The notes beneath the pieces were generated by a model, which saw only the letters and a program-made list of their open reading frames with translations, made no database searches and was not told the DNA's origin. A stretch of DNA of 64,000 nucleotides. Origin: Candidatus Omnitrophota bacterium (GTDB lineage: Bacteria > Omnitrophota > Gorgyraeia > B26-G9). The translations under genes and the position numbers were made by a program. Position 1 is the stretch's first letter; every line of letters starts with the position of its first letter. Shown in pieces: positions 9,201 through 17,653 of this stretch. The DNA is taken from positions 5,844 through 69,843 of the forward strand of contig JAZDHZ010000043.1 in NCBI GenBank assembly GCA_043805415.1. The letters run 5' to 3'.

Positions 9201-11427
9201 TTTGCAGCTGAAACTGGCGGCAAAACTTACGGATATATTTACTGCTAAGGGAAATACTATTGAGGAAATTGCTCAGTGTTTATTTACTGTGGGAATTGGG
9301 CTGGATAATGTAGCGGTTATATTAAAAGCAAAAAGTACTGAGTTTGATAGTGCCTATAGCATTTTAACTAATCTTACCCAAGGGCAAAAACTTATGGATG
9401 TCGCATTTGCATTGATAAACAGCGGATTTGATAATGAAACAGTTGTCAGCACAGTTGTCGATGAACTTAAAATTCAGGGCAAGACTAATGCCGAAATTAT
9501 AAATCTTTTTATCGGAACTGTTGATCTTAAGAGCGGATTAACTGATACGCAGAAACAATGCGCATTGTCTTTAATAAAAAAATTGCGTGCTGAAGAAGGA
9601 GTATCCTTGTCAAGCATTTGCAATGACTTGGGCTCCACGGGATTAACTTTAGAAAAAATCCTTCCGCTTATGAAATCCGCGGAAATTAGTACAGAAGATA
9701 CTTTTAACGCGCTTTTAAGTTTTGACAAAGGACAAGATCCAGTGGAATTGGCAAATGTTTTAATGACTAATAATTATACGCATAAAGAAGTTTTTGAAGC
9801 ACTGGTAAATTATTTAGAGGGACTTGGTTCGGAATATAGTGTTAATAAGATAATTGAGATGGTAATCGGGGATATTGATGCTGAGAACGGATTAAGCGGG
9901 ATACAGCTGGGATACGCGCGTGATCTTGCTAATGCTTTTTTAGCAAATGATACTTCTTTAGAAGTCATTGCCACAGGATTTTTAAATCATGGGGTCACGC
10001 TTACAAATACCGTAATTATTTTAAAACTGGCTGAAGCGGAAGCAGAAGAAACTTACACGGCCCTGATGTCCGCATATGTGCCTAAGGAAGATGAAGTAGC
10101 GATTAGAGAGATAACATCAAAAATGATCAGCGCTGGGTACAGCTCTTTTACTGTTTATGCTTTTGCCGTTAAAAAGCTTGCTGATCAAGGGATCACTAAT
10201 GAAGTTGAAATAGTAGATATATTAATTGGACCGGTTAATTCCGAGGATTCCCAGCAACTTCGCAATGCCGGGAAACTATCGATGGTTATTAATTATAATA
10301 AAGCGATATTAACTGCCCAGAACACTGAGGAATCGTTTATTGTTTTATTTAAACAAGGATTTACCATAGAACAGATTACCCAGATGTTGAATGAAGGAGG
10401 AGTTAGCGACGAGCAAGTAAACGCGACCTTTTTGCAGGGATTTAGTGATATTGTTAAAGAATTAGTCAAATCAGGAATGAGCCCGGAGAGCATTGTTAAG
10501 TTACTTATTAATAAGGATAACAAACTAGATTATGTCCGGCCGCTTGCCGAACAGTTAAGACGCAATGATTTTGCCTCAACGGAAGTGCGCAGCGCTTTTT
10601 ATTCCATGCCTGGAGGCATGTACTCTTCGGATTGGGATCTTATCAGTAATGGTTTAGCAGATGCGGATGATTACCGGATTGAAAATACGCAAGAAGCTCA
10701 GACGATTAATTCGATGCTTAATGAAGGTCAGACTTTAACCGAGATTAGTCAGCATTTCGCGGAACAAGGATATCAGATGTCCTTTATCGGAAAACTGTTT
10801 AAAACTCTCGGACAATCAATTGAAGAAATATTTAATGCTTTGGATAATACTAAAACTTTTTATAGTGATGATCTTCTGGTTAATGATACTGCCGCTTCAA
10901 TTGTATTGCTAAAATATTATTCACACAAGGATGTTTTTACTTGCGCAACCCAATATTATAAGGAAAGGAACGTGAATTCTGAGGGGATTATTTTAAAGCT
11001 GATGAGTTCAGCGATTAAAGTTGATTCAACCAACGTTATCGCGGATACAATTGTAGGAGAGTATTACGCGTCTAAAGCCGATATTCAGACACAGTCTTTT
11101 GTAACTCTTATGGATGCTGGATATTCGGTTATTTGGATAAAAGACGCATTATTGAAAAAGAATTTTACTGCCGAAGCCATTGAAGCATTTATCCAAAATG
11201 GTGACAACTTTAAAGCGATATACCAGGGATTATCTGCCCAGGGATTTAGCGCCAGCAATATTGTTAAGCGTTTTGAAGTTGCGGAAAGCCCGGGAGAATA
11301 TACCGTACTCCTGGCTGAAAATATGATTAAAGATGGTCTCAGTGAAACGGAAGTAACCAGCATTCTTTTAAGTTATAAGGCTGATCCTGATTTAATAAAA
11401 CAAGGCATTGCCAGAGGATTAGCTTGA
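6205..11427 (+). CDS. giant secreted repeat protein (1740 aa), about 10 tandem ~140-aa alpha-helical modules
   Basis: N-terminal signal peptide (LIKICLILYCLEVFIPNSIFAQQ); recurring motifs GFSL(D/N)EI, NGGQDS..V(I/A)..AL...GY, ELK.QDYSTA.II..LIG.VDP..G repeated through the protein; uninterrupted 5.2-kb ORF with RBS gggggcaaaaaATG. Confidence 0.7.
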   Translation: MDKRAQLIKICLILYCLEVFIPNSIFAQQLPEQTEAQTAIIEESFTDGNVETLTIAADPDTIHLESMLSSEQLAETYAYAFDLLNDQGAEDIITAYLENGYSLSAIGEILKNASFSLEDTFKAMVNHLGEDSLGEIIGALLEAKFKSGDVFKVAINHLKQVSPELTDNQIIEKVLGTSVDPANLKSLMQEIFIEKISSVSDPIKCDLVIAMIDSGFSLNEITSALTENGFSIDQIAQIYSLGSIDIGLTYDLLLNTPGSQETDVIRALLASSYTKSEVFECIVNKLSGTKSVEQIVSTIMGQIDVGGPSDEQLNNAIVLSGVLHAGGISISEISGAFLSAGFNLDNVVAVLNGIGTALDDAFATLLGANGGQSIADVAAALISNGFDVHAVFALSTAEFKNQGVGLTQVVQALIGTIDPEKGPTKNQTDNSRLLVDVLLNADDSLQNIAEAFIANDFGLENTAKLFKSNGVSAVDTYNALVGATEGEYASVAVAMTTIGFTGSIVIELAVTDLKAHEFSNADIMSMLIGTVEEGKIPTNPQITIAGCLTKILIDQGVALPEIGENLISQGFNLNYTAKIFKKADVDITEAFSVMIKLDAEAGFDVVCADLKAAGYRAADIFKEAVTALQEQGHGVSEIINILITAVDSGKNATGAQINNAGDLVKYLISGGSASQEICEGLLAINFSLSDIAKVMRKTSVELDVVFAEILALGGGQDIGLVSEALIAGSYDRNSVFQIAIGELKAQDYSTAAIINTLIGVVDPEEGQSVYQKTNAPYLLLSLSLDGGNLEEICGGFLSAGFSLDEIASATKKVNIDLIQTYSALLNANGGQDSEAVINALNNAGYEISTLFELIVPELQGKDYSTAQIITFLIGNVNPVSGLSAKQLERAHILVYVLSETGESIENISTAMATAGFKVEDNAKILYRKIGDAAEAYNLLTSTYGQESVTTIALGMINAGYDIESVLNIIIPIFEDQELSMPDIISTIIGVIASENKPTSLQLKLAAKLTDIFTAKGNTIEEIAQCLFTVGIGLDNVAVILKAKSTEFDSAYSILTNLTQGQKLMDVAFALINSGFDNETVVSTVVDELKIQGKTNAEIINLFIGTVDLKSGLTDTQKQCALSLIKKLRAEEGVSLSSICNDLGSTGLTLEKILPLMKSAEISTEDTFNALLSFDKGQDPVELANVLMTNNYTHKEVFEALVNYLEGLGSEYSVNKIIEMVIGDIDAENGLSGIQLGYARDLANAFLANDTSLEVIATGFLNHGVTLTNTVIILKLAEAEAEETYTALMSAYVPKEDEVAIREITSKMISAGYSSFTVYAFAVKKLADQGITNEVEIVDILIGPVNSEDSQQLRNAGKLSMVINYNKAILTAQNTEESFIVLFKQGFTIEQITQMLNEGGVSDEQVNATFLQGFSDIVKELVKSGMSPESIVKLLINKDNKLDYVRPLAEQLRRNDFASTEVRSAFYSMPGGMYSSDWDLISNGLADADDYRIENTQEAQTINSMLNEGQTLTEISQHFAEQGYQMSFIGKLFKTLGQSIEEIFNALDNTKTFYSDDLLVNDTAASIVLLKYYSHKDVFTCATQYYKERNVNSEGIILKLMSSAIKVDSTNVIADTIVGEYYASKADIQTQSFVTLMDAGYSVIWIKDALLKKNFTAEAIEAFIQNGDNFKAIYQGLSAQGFSASNIVKRFEVAESPGEYTVLLAENMIKDGLSETEVTSILLSYKADPDLIKQGIARGLA

Positions 11428-11610
11428 TCAGAGACTAAACTGATTATTTAGCAATAAATCTATAGTGTATAAACAAAAATAAAAAAAGGAGCATTTTTTA
11501 ATGACTCCTTTTTTTATTGCTTTATCTAATAATTAAAACTGGATTTACTGAACAACAGATTGACAGCTATTTAGACACCTCAAAAAAAATCACTCTTAAA
11601 CATTAAAATG

Positions 11611-11639
11611 TTGAAATTGATAAATATTTTACATATAAT
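11611..11639 (+). promoter_or_regulatory. sigma70-like promoter for tRNA-Ala (TTGAAA - 17 bp - TATAAT)
   Basis: Consensus-like hexamers 17 nt upstream of mature tRNA 5-prime end. Confidence 0.4.
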
Positions 11640-11655
11640 GAGTTAGAAACTTATC

Positions 11656-11731
11656 GGGGCAGTGGCTCAGCTGGGAGAGCACCACGTTCGCAACGTGGGG
11701 GTCGTGAGTTCGAATCTCATCTGCTCCACCA
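11656..11731 (+). tRNA. tRNA-Ala (anticodon CGC)
   Basis: Cloverleaf folds by eye: 7-bp acceptor stem with G3:U70 Ala identity pair, anticodon loop TTCGCAA, T-loop GTTCGAATC, encoded CCA. Confidence 0.85.
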
Positions 11732-11737
11732 TATAAA

Positions 11738-11769
11738 AGAGGCTATTTTTACAATAGTCTCTTTTTTTT
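11738..11769 (+). terminator. rho-independent terminator after tRNA-Ala
   Basis: agaggctatt / aatagtctct stem (one mismatch) followed by T8. Confidence 0.5.
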
Positions 11770-12022
11770 ACGTCGATAAAGCAAGAAAAAGCTCACGGAT
11801 GCTCTACTAAAATAAGAACTTCTCAATTACTACCAATTTATATCAATTATGCTGTATTTTGCTGGATTATAGTCATTATTTAGTCACTAGTCACCAGTAT
11901 GTATGATGCTCAGGAAGCTTAATTATTAGGCTATTTAATTTTTACTCAGGTATATATGGCGAATCAGCTAAAAACAGGGTATACTTAATTGTTTTTAATA
12001 AACCAATATAAAATAGAATGAT

Positions 12023-12793
12023 ATGTCTAAAAAAATTATACTTACATTAATAAATTCAGTTCTAATTCTATTGCTATTTGGCATCTATGCGTTTGCTAAA
12101 AATCAAATTGTTTTAGATGTTTTATCTCCAAAGCTTAATTTAGAAAAAATCTCTTTTGAAAAATATATGTTAAAAGACCGAGTAAAACTGCTTGCCACTT
12201 TAAAGGTTTACACTCAGGAGATTGAGAATCCTTACCAAGTCTTAGGGAGGGTCACGCATCGAATTATGATGAATGATGAGAACTTAATAATCAGGGAACA
12301 AGTTAAAAAGGACGGAATGACAAGAGAAGTACATAATTCTTTATTACGGATCCTAGATGATGGGACTGAGCAGTTATTAGGACAATGTTGGTATAAGATT
12401 AATAGAAACGACGCGATTTTAGCTGGAGATGCTTCTAATATGCGTCTGCCAGCTTTTAAGATCAAGGAAGAAGGAAAGGGCTATGGTACTGTTCTTTTTG
12501 CCGCAGTATTAGAAAGTGCCAGAAATTATGATGTAACATCCTTTACTGTAAACATTGCGCTAACTTCAATATATGAACGTTTTGGATTTAGAGAGGTGGA
12601 ATATGGAATCCTTGATGAATTATATAGAATAATAAACCCAGAAGATCCCTCTTTTTTTAATACTGCAATTGATTTAGCGAAAGAACGGGGTATTACAGTG
12701 AGTTTTACCCTTCAAGAACTACCTTTCTCAGAAAAACCAGTTTTTGCACGATCAATTATCGGACTAGAAAAACCCTTCGCTCAATCAATTTAA
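12023..12793 (+). CDS. membrane-anchored protein with C-terminal GNAT-like acetyltransferase fold
   Basis: N-terminal TM helix; C-terminal EGKGYGTVL...YERFGFREVE resembles GNAT motif A/B; located between tRNA-Ala and tRNA-fragment repeats. Confidence 0.45.
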   Translation: MSKKIILTLINSVLILLLFGIYAFAKNQIVLDVLSPKLNLEKISFEKYMLKDRVKLLATLKVYTQEIENPYQVLGRVTHRIMMNDENLIIREQVKKDGMTREVHNSLLRILDDGTEQLLGQCWYKINRNDAILAGDASNMRLPAFKIKEEGKGYGTVLFAAVLESARNYDVTSFTVNIALTSIYERFGFREVEYGILDELYRIINPEDPSFFNTAIDLAKERGITVSFTLQELPFSEKPVFARSIIGLEKPFAQSI

Positions 12794-13028
12794 TCATCCA
12801 GACATTGCCGCTGTTAAAATACTATCTATTATACTGCCACTAGTTAACAAAAAAATGTTAATTAATATTTTTTAACGAAAAATAAACAAATTTTTCCCTT
12901 AGCTGATATCAAAATCAAGGAAAACAGTTCCTGGGATATCCAGGTCTATAATAAAAAATTGTTTAAAAAAGTCCTATTTGAAAGTTCTTTGGGTTTGGGT
13001 GAATCATATTTTCTTGCCGGAATTCATT

Positions 13029-13062
13029 GCGGGAGGGACGTGAATTTGAATCCAATCTGATC
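13029..13062 (+). repeat. degenerate copy of tRNA-Ala 3-prime half (T-arm + acceptor), putative att remnant
   Basis: gggagggacgtgaatttgaatccaatctgatc aligns base-for-base with gtgggggtcgtgagttcgaatctcatctgctcc of the intact tRNA-Ala at 11698-11730. Confidence 0.5.
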
Positions 13063-13107
13063 TATTCTGGAAATTAATTTTAAAAACAAAAATTGAATAA
13101 TATGAAA

Positions 13108-13587
13108 TTAACTAGTTTTACTTTCTGCTTCTGATTCAAACGCGAAAAAATGATTAAGCAGGGCCTTATACCATTCATCCTGTAAATCATATTTTGCTAT
13201 TTTAATACTAAATTTCAATGTTTCTATAGCTACTTCCGCTTTAAATAACACTTCATTATTTTTATTAATTTCAACATACGGAGTTATTCCTTTGCCGCAG
13301 CCGTAGACAATAAAGTAGATGTCGTATTTACTCCGATATGAAAATTTATGCACTGTTTTATAACCACTATTAGTTTTTTCAGCCCAAACATCTTTTCGCT
13401 CAATAGTCCTATAACTCCAGTCCTTTTCCGCATTGCCTTTGCCAACAAAACCCTCGGCAGCATTTAATTCATCTTGTATGGTTTTTAGGACTCTATAAAT
13501 TTTTAACGCGATTGTACAATCCATTTCTAGCTTTTTTTCTAAATTCTTATCATCCTGCTGTCTTGAGTTTAAATTTTCATCTGGCAT
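13108..13587 (-). CDS. hypothetical protein (159 aa), only minus-strand gene in this stretch
   Basis: ORF track; bracketed by the two tRNA-Ala fragment repeats; no recognisable family. Confidence 0.4.
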   Translation of the reverse strand: MPDENLNSRQQDDKNLEKKLEMDCTIALKIYRVLKTIQDELNAAEGFVGKGNAEKDWSYRTIERKDVWAEKTNSGYKTVHKFSYRSKYDIYFIVYGCGKGITPYVEINKNNEVLFKAEVAIETLKFSIKIAKYDLQDEWYKALLNHFFAFESEAESKTS

Positions 13588-13940
13588 ATAACACCCTTTA
13601 ATTAGTAAAACAATAATTAGATTTAATTAATATATGATACACGAATTAATCCTGTCAATCTAAAGCTATATAGAATCTTCAATTAGGCAAACAAAAACCA
13701 TAGCAATCAGAAAACTTACCTGCCTAATATCCCTTTTTTTATTGACAACTGATAGTAAATATTAGCTGTGACCAAATAAGAAAAGTTTTTATTTAATAAT
13801 AGGCATTATTTAAACACTATCTGCAAAAACCCAATCCTAACAAAATAATTGAAGTTTTATAACTAGAATCATATTATATTTGTACCTGGATAAAAAATCA
13901 ACACTTTTTATTGACGGATTCCATTCGCGAGGTGGGGGCG

Positions 13941-13984
13941 CGCGGGTCGAATCCGATCTGCTCGATTATCAGGAAATTAATTAA
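13941..13984 (+). repeat. second degenerate tRNA-Ala fragment (anticodon arm through acceptor 3-prime strand), putative att remnant
   Basis: ccattcgcgaggtgggggcgcgcgggtcgaatccgatctgctcg parallels cacgttcgcaacgtgggggtcgtgagttcgaatctcatctgctcc; followed by aggaaattaatt shared with fragment 1. Confidence 0.5.
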
Positions 13985-14245
13985 AAATACAAATCAAATG
14001 ATTTTTTTTATAAAACTTTTGAATGCTTTTGCGTTTAGGTATACAATATTAATGTCAGATGAAGCTGATCCTGAATCTGAAGAAAATAAAGCAGTGAAGA
14101 ATCGGTTAAAGGCAAATAGAATAATAAAAATTAATTAAAAATTTCATGAAGCCAGTCGAGATAAATGATCTTAATGGTTTTAATCAGTTTCTGTTGAGTT
14201 CTGTCCATCCGGCAGACGCGTTTAGAAATACCCTCAATAGTTTAT

Positions 14246-14687
14246 TTGATATTTCTAATCAGCAAAAGGAGGCAAGTAATGGCTAAAAAAACAATCAGAA
14301 TATCCCAGCTGGAGGAGCATAGTGATGAGCGGGGTGTTAGCTTTTCCGTTCCCGCGGCGAATCTAAGTTATATTAAGAAAATCAATAATATGCATTTTGC
14401 CACGATTATGCCCGGGGCTGTTCGCGGCAATCATTATCATGAACAAAAGAAAGAATGTCTTTTGGTCATATATTCTGATGCTTGGATTTTTAGTTATCAG
14501 GAAAAAAAAAGCAAAGCAGCCGATGTTTAAACATTTTGAAGGTCAATCAGGAGTTGTGATTGAGGTTGATCCGGGGGTAGCGCATGGGCTTAAAAATACA
14601 GGCACTAAACCGCTGATTGTCGGGGTATTTTCCAATAAAGCAAATGATCTGAATAATCCTGACAATATTAGTAAAATCGTGGTATAA
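14246..14687 (+). pseudogene. cupin-fold protein (sugar ketoisomerase/WxcM-like?) interrupted by +1 frameshift in an A9 tract
   Basis: Two overlapping ORFs (14246-14530 and 14397-14687); cupin motifs RGNHYHEQKKE (frame 1) and GVAHGLKNTGTKPLIV (frame 2) join across aaaaaaaaa at 14502-14510. Confidence 0.5.
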
Positions 14688-14696
14688 TATTTTGAA

Positions 14697-15383
14697 ATGA
14701 AAAACTTTATTTTAAATAATCTAATCATATTGTTTATCCAAATTCTTTTTGTCACCGCGGTGTACGCGGAAGTCGGTATCGGCAGTACCCGGCAAGAGGT
14801 TATCAGTGCTTTTGGTGAGCCTTCGGGAATAATGACTAGCGGCCAGGAAGAAATTCTCAGCTATCCGGGCGGGATGATTGTGATCTTTGACGGCAAAGTT
14901 AGTAATATGGATAAGGATTTTGGCAAACGTTTAGAATCGCGTAAAGAAGAAACAGAATTCAGCGCTCAGCAGCAGGAAAAAGGATTAGTTGAGCACTTAG
15001 GCCAATGGGTAACACCCGCGGAAAAACAAAAAGCGGAAAGTCGAAAAAACCTTAGCCAGCAGATAATGATTTTTTCCAATGGCGGCGCGGAAATAACTGT
15101 TGATCAGATTCTTGTGCCAGGTAAAATAACCTTGCTTGATTTTTATGCTGATTGGTGCGCGCCTTGCAAACAACTCTCGCCTTATCTTGAAAAGCTGGCG
15201 AATAGTGATAAAGATGTTTATCTGCGTAAAGTTAATATTGTTAAATGGGGAACTCCGGTAACTAAACAATTTTCTATAAACAGTGTTCCTGATGTGCGGG
15301 TATTTGACCGCTATGGCCGCATGGTCGGCAGACCAACATATGATTTTAATGAAATTCTATCCTATGTAAAACGCTCCAAATAA
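14697..15383 (+). CDS. secreted thioredoxin-fold protein
   Basis: N-terminal signal peptide; WCAPCK CxxC active site inside thioredoxin-like segment DFYADWCAPCKQL. Confidence 0.7.
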   Translation: MKNFILNNLIILFIQILFVTAVYAEVGIGSTRQEVISAFGEPSGIMTSGQEEILSYPGGMIVIFDGKVSNMDKDFGKRLESRKEETEFSAQQQEKGLVEHLGQWVTPAEKQKAESRKNLSQQIMIFSNGGAEITVDQILVPGKITLLDFYADWCAPCKQLSPYLEKLANSDKDVYLRKVNIVKWGTPVTKQFSINSVPDVRVFDRYGRMVGRPTYDFNEILSYVKRSK

Positions 15384-15577
15384 TAGTGTTCTTAAATCCC
15401 ACAATCTCAAACCTTGCGAATAAACCATTTAAAAAAATACTGGATTAAGCATTAAAACCCTAAAGCTTTGACTATTTCAGCAGTCTAATAAGCATGGCCA
15501 AATTAAGCTTAGAATGCTTAAGAAATAGTAAACAGGGGAAAGCCTAAATAATTTTGGCTTTTGTTCAGCATATTTTA

Positions 15578-15606
15578 TTGACAAGAACTATATTATCAGG
15601 TATAGT
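15578..15606 (+). promoter_or_regulatory. sigma70-like promoter (TTGACA - 17 bp - TATAGT) upstream of antiporter gene
   Basis: Hexamers read directly; followed by a 2x20-nt tandem repeat (cattatgagttagtatgagt) at 15621-15660 in the leader. Confidence 0.4.
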
Positions 15607-15722
15607 TTATGGCAAATAGCCATTATGAGTTAGTATGAGTCATTATGAGTTAGTATAAGATATGATAATCAAGTAAATATTAAGTCAAAATCTAATAAGT
15701 CAGGATTGGAGTTTAAATATAA

Positions 15723-17375
15723 ATGAATATAAATATGCTTTTATTAACCGGAATATCTATATTTTTAGGGACTTTTGGCGGTAAGTTATTTCAAAAATTC
15801 AAAATCCCTCAGGTTGTTGGCTATATAGTAGTCGGGGTTATAATGGGCCAATCAGTTTTAGGCATATTAGATGCCAAGACTATTGAAATGTTTACTCCCT
15901 TAATAAATATAGCCTTAGGGATTATCGGCTTTAGAATCGGGGCTGAATTAAAAGCCGAAGTTTTTAAGAAATACGGCCGTTCGATTTACATGATTTTGTT
16001 TGGGGAAGGGATATTAGCCTTTATTGTGGTTGCGGTATTAGTTACCTTGGTCACAAAAAAGCTGTATTTAGGACTGCTTTTAGGGGCAATTGCCTCAGCA
16101 ACCGCGCCGGCTGCTACTACTGATGTGCTTTGGGAATATAAAGCAAGAGGGCCTTTGACCACAACCCTGTTCGCGATTGTTGCCTTAGACGATGCTTTGG
16201 CACTGATCATCTACGGATTTGCCAGCGTTTTTGCCAAATCAATGCTAGCGCATGCTGATTTCTCTTTTTTTCAAAGCGTGCTAATCCCAATTTTTGATTT
16301 AATTAAATCCTGTCTGATCGGCGCTGGTTGCGGATTCGCGCTTTCCGCACTTTTGCGTCGGATTAAAGATAAAGAACTGATGTTTTCTTTTTCACTTGCC
16401 TTTATTATCTTTACTGTAGGCTTGGCGATATTTTTTCAGCTTGATTTTATATTATCCGCAATGACCTTAGGCGCGGTGTTTGCTAATATCTCTCCCCAGA
16501 TCAGCCGAAAAGTATTTGATACTATTGAATCTTTTAGCCCTCCGATATATGTGATCTTTTTTATTCTTGTTGGCGCGCGTTTGCAAGCCAAGTTATTTCT
16601 AAACGCAAGTATCGCTTTATTGGCAATTGTGTATTTAATCGGCAGAACTTCAGGTAAAATGGCCGGCGCTTATTTGGGCGGTTTTTTTTCCAAAGCACAC
16701 AAGATGGTAACTAAATATTTAGGTTTATGCCTTTTTTCTCAAGCCGGGGTAGCTATTGGTTTAGCAATGGTGGTTTATCACAATTTCAGTTTATTAGGCC
16801 CGGAAGGAGAAAAGGTCGGATTGCTTGTCTTGAATATAATCACGGCCACTACTTTTGTGGTGCAGTTAGTTGGTCCAGCTTGCGTTAAGTTTGCCATAAC
16901 CAAGGCGGATGAAGTCTGGCGCAATGTAAATGAAGAGGATGTAATCGAATCCAGTACTGTCAGTGATTTTATGCGCAAAGATTTTACATTTGTAAAAGAA
17001 AATGCCAGCTTAGACAAGATAATGCGAGCAATTAAAGAAAGAGAGTCATATCACTTTCCGGTGGTTGATAATCAAGGAGAATTAACCGGATTAATATCTT
17101 TGGGAAATTTAAGAAATATATTTGGAGAAGAACAGCTGGGTAATGTTATTTTAGCCAGGGATTTGGCTGAACCTGTACGAAAAGTGCTTTATCCTAACCA
17201 GCCGTTAAAAGAAGCCTTTGAAATCTTTCAAAAAAGAGAAATCGAGTATTTGCCGGTGGTGAAAAATGAAAACTCTAAGGAGATTGTGGGAATAGTCGAA
17301 TACCAGGGATTGGTTGATACGGTAAATCGAAAAACTTTGGAACGCCAAGAAAGTTTGGATAAAAAACATAGCTAA
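15723..17375 (+). CDS. cation:proton antiporter (CPA family) with C-terminal CBS domain pair
   Basis: About 12 predicted TM helices in first 400 aa; C-terminal tandem CBS-like segments (VSDFMRKDF...ISLGNLRN; ILARDLAEP...). Confidence 0.7.
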   Translation: MNINMLLLTGISIFLGTFGGKLFQKFKIPQVVGYIVVGVIMGQSVLGILDAKTIEMFTPLINIALGIIGFRIGAELKAEVFKKYGRSIYMILFGEGILAFIVVAVLVTLVTKKLYLGLLLGAIASATAPAATTDVLWEYKARGPLTTTLFAIVALDDALALIIYGFASVFAKSMLAHADFSFFQSVLIPIFDLIKSCLIGAGCGFALSALLRRIKDKELMFSFSLAFIIFTVGLAIFFQLDFILSAMTLGAVFANISPQISRKVFDTIESFSPPIYVIFFILVGARLQAKLFLNASIALLAIVYLIGRTSGKMAGAYLGGFFSKAHKMVTKYLGLCLFSQAGVAIGLAMVVYHNFSLLGPEGEKVGLLVLNIITATTFVVQLVGPACVKFAITKADEVWRNVNEEDVIESSTVSDFMRKDFTFVKENASLDKIMRAIKERESYHFPVVDNQGELTGLISLGNLRNIFGEEQLGNVILARDLAEPVRKVLYPNQPLKEAFEIFQKREIEYLPVVKNENSKEIVGIVEYQGLVDTVNRKTLERQESLDKKHS

Positions 17376-17485
17376 GTAAGCCTTGATTTATTGAGCTCAA
17401 AGCAGGCTTATTCTCATGGGTCTGAGAATAAAAAGTTCACAGCTTTTATTTTACAAAATAGTATTCTGTGATATAATCCTCTAAT

Positions 17486-17653
17486 ATGAAAGGTCCGAAA
17501 AAACCCTCAGAGCATGATATCTGGTTTGTGAATAAAATCAGGAAAGAGAATTCTCTTAACAAGGTGAATACTCGCCAACAGCGGATAGTCGATCGGGTTA
17601 GACGCTGGGAAAAGTATCATGGACCGATTGATCAACAGGAGTGGAAATTTTAA
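17486..17653 (+). CDS. small basic upstream ORF (55 aa) translationally coupled to crcB (TAATG overlap)
   Basis: ATG 11 nt downstream of an extended -10 (TGaTATAAT, 17469-17477); stop TAA overlaps crcB ATG at 17653; not in ORF track because under 60 aa. Confidence 0.3.
   Translation: MKGPKKPSEHDIWFVNKIRKENSLNKVNTRQQRIVDRVRRWEKYHGPIDQQEWKF

Noticed and set aside
7020-11363. Numerous 60-123-aa minus-strand ORFs inside the giant gene (e.g. 7020-7391, 8046-8357, 9474-9728, 10293-10523, 11085-11363)
   Set aside because: All lie antisense within one long, repeat-rich, codon-consistent + strand ORF. They are Ala/Ser/Leu-rich, as expected for the antisense of an Ala/Leu-rich gene, and have no RBS or motifs. 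They are spurious.
13911-14138. 75-aa ORF (MTDSIREVGARGSNPICS...)
   Set aside because: Its 5-prime part is the degenerate tRNA-Ala fragment read as protein. It is not a gene.
15621-15660. 2 x 20-nt tandem repeat (cattatgagttagtatgagt) in the antiporter 5-prime leader
   Set aside because: It is real in the sequence but has only two copies and no obvious structure. I noted it under the promoter feature rather than as a separate finding.
17401-17430. Perfect 9-bp-arm palindrome TTATTCTCAtgggtcTGAGAATAA after the antiporter gene, as a possible terminator
   Set aside because: It is not followed by a T-run on either strand. It is more likely a protein-binding palindrome or coincidental, so I did not call it as a feature.
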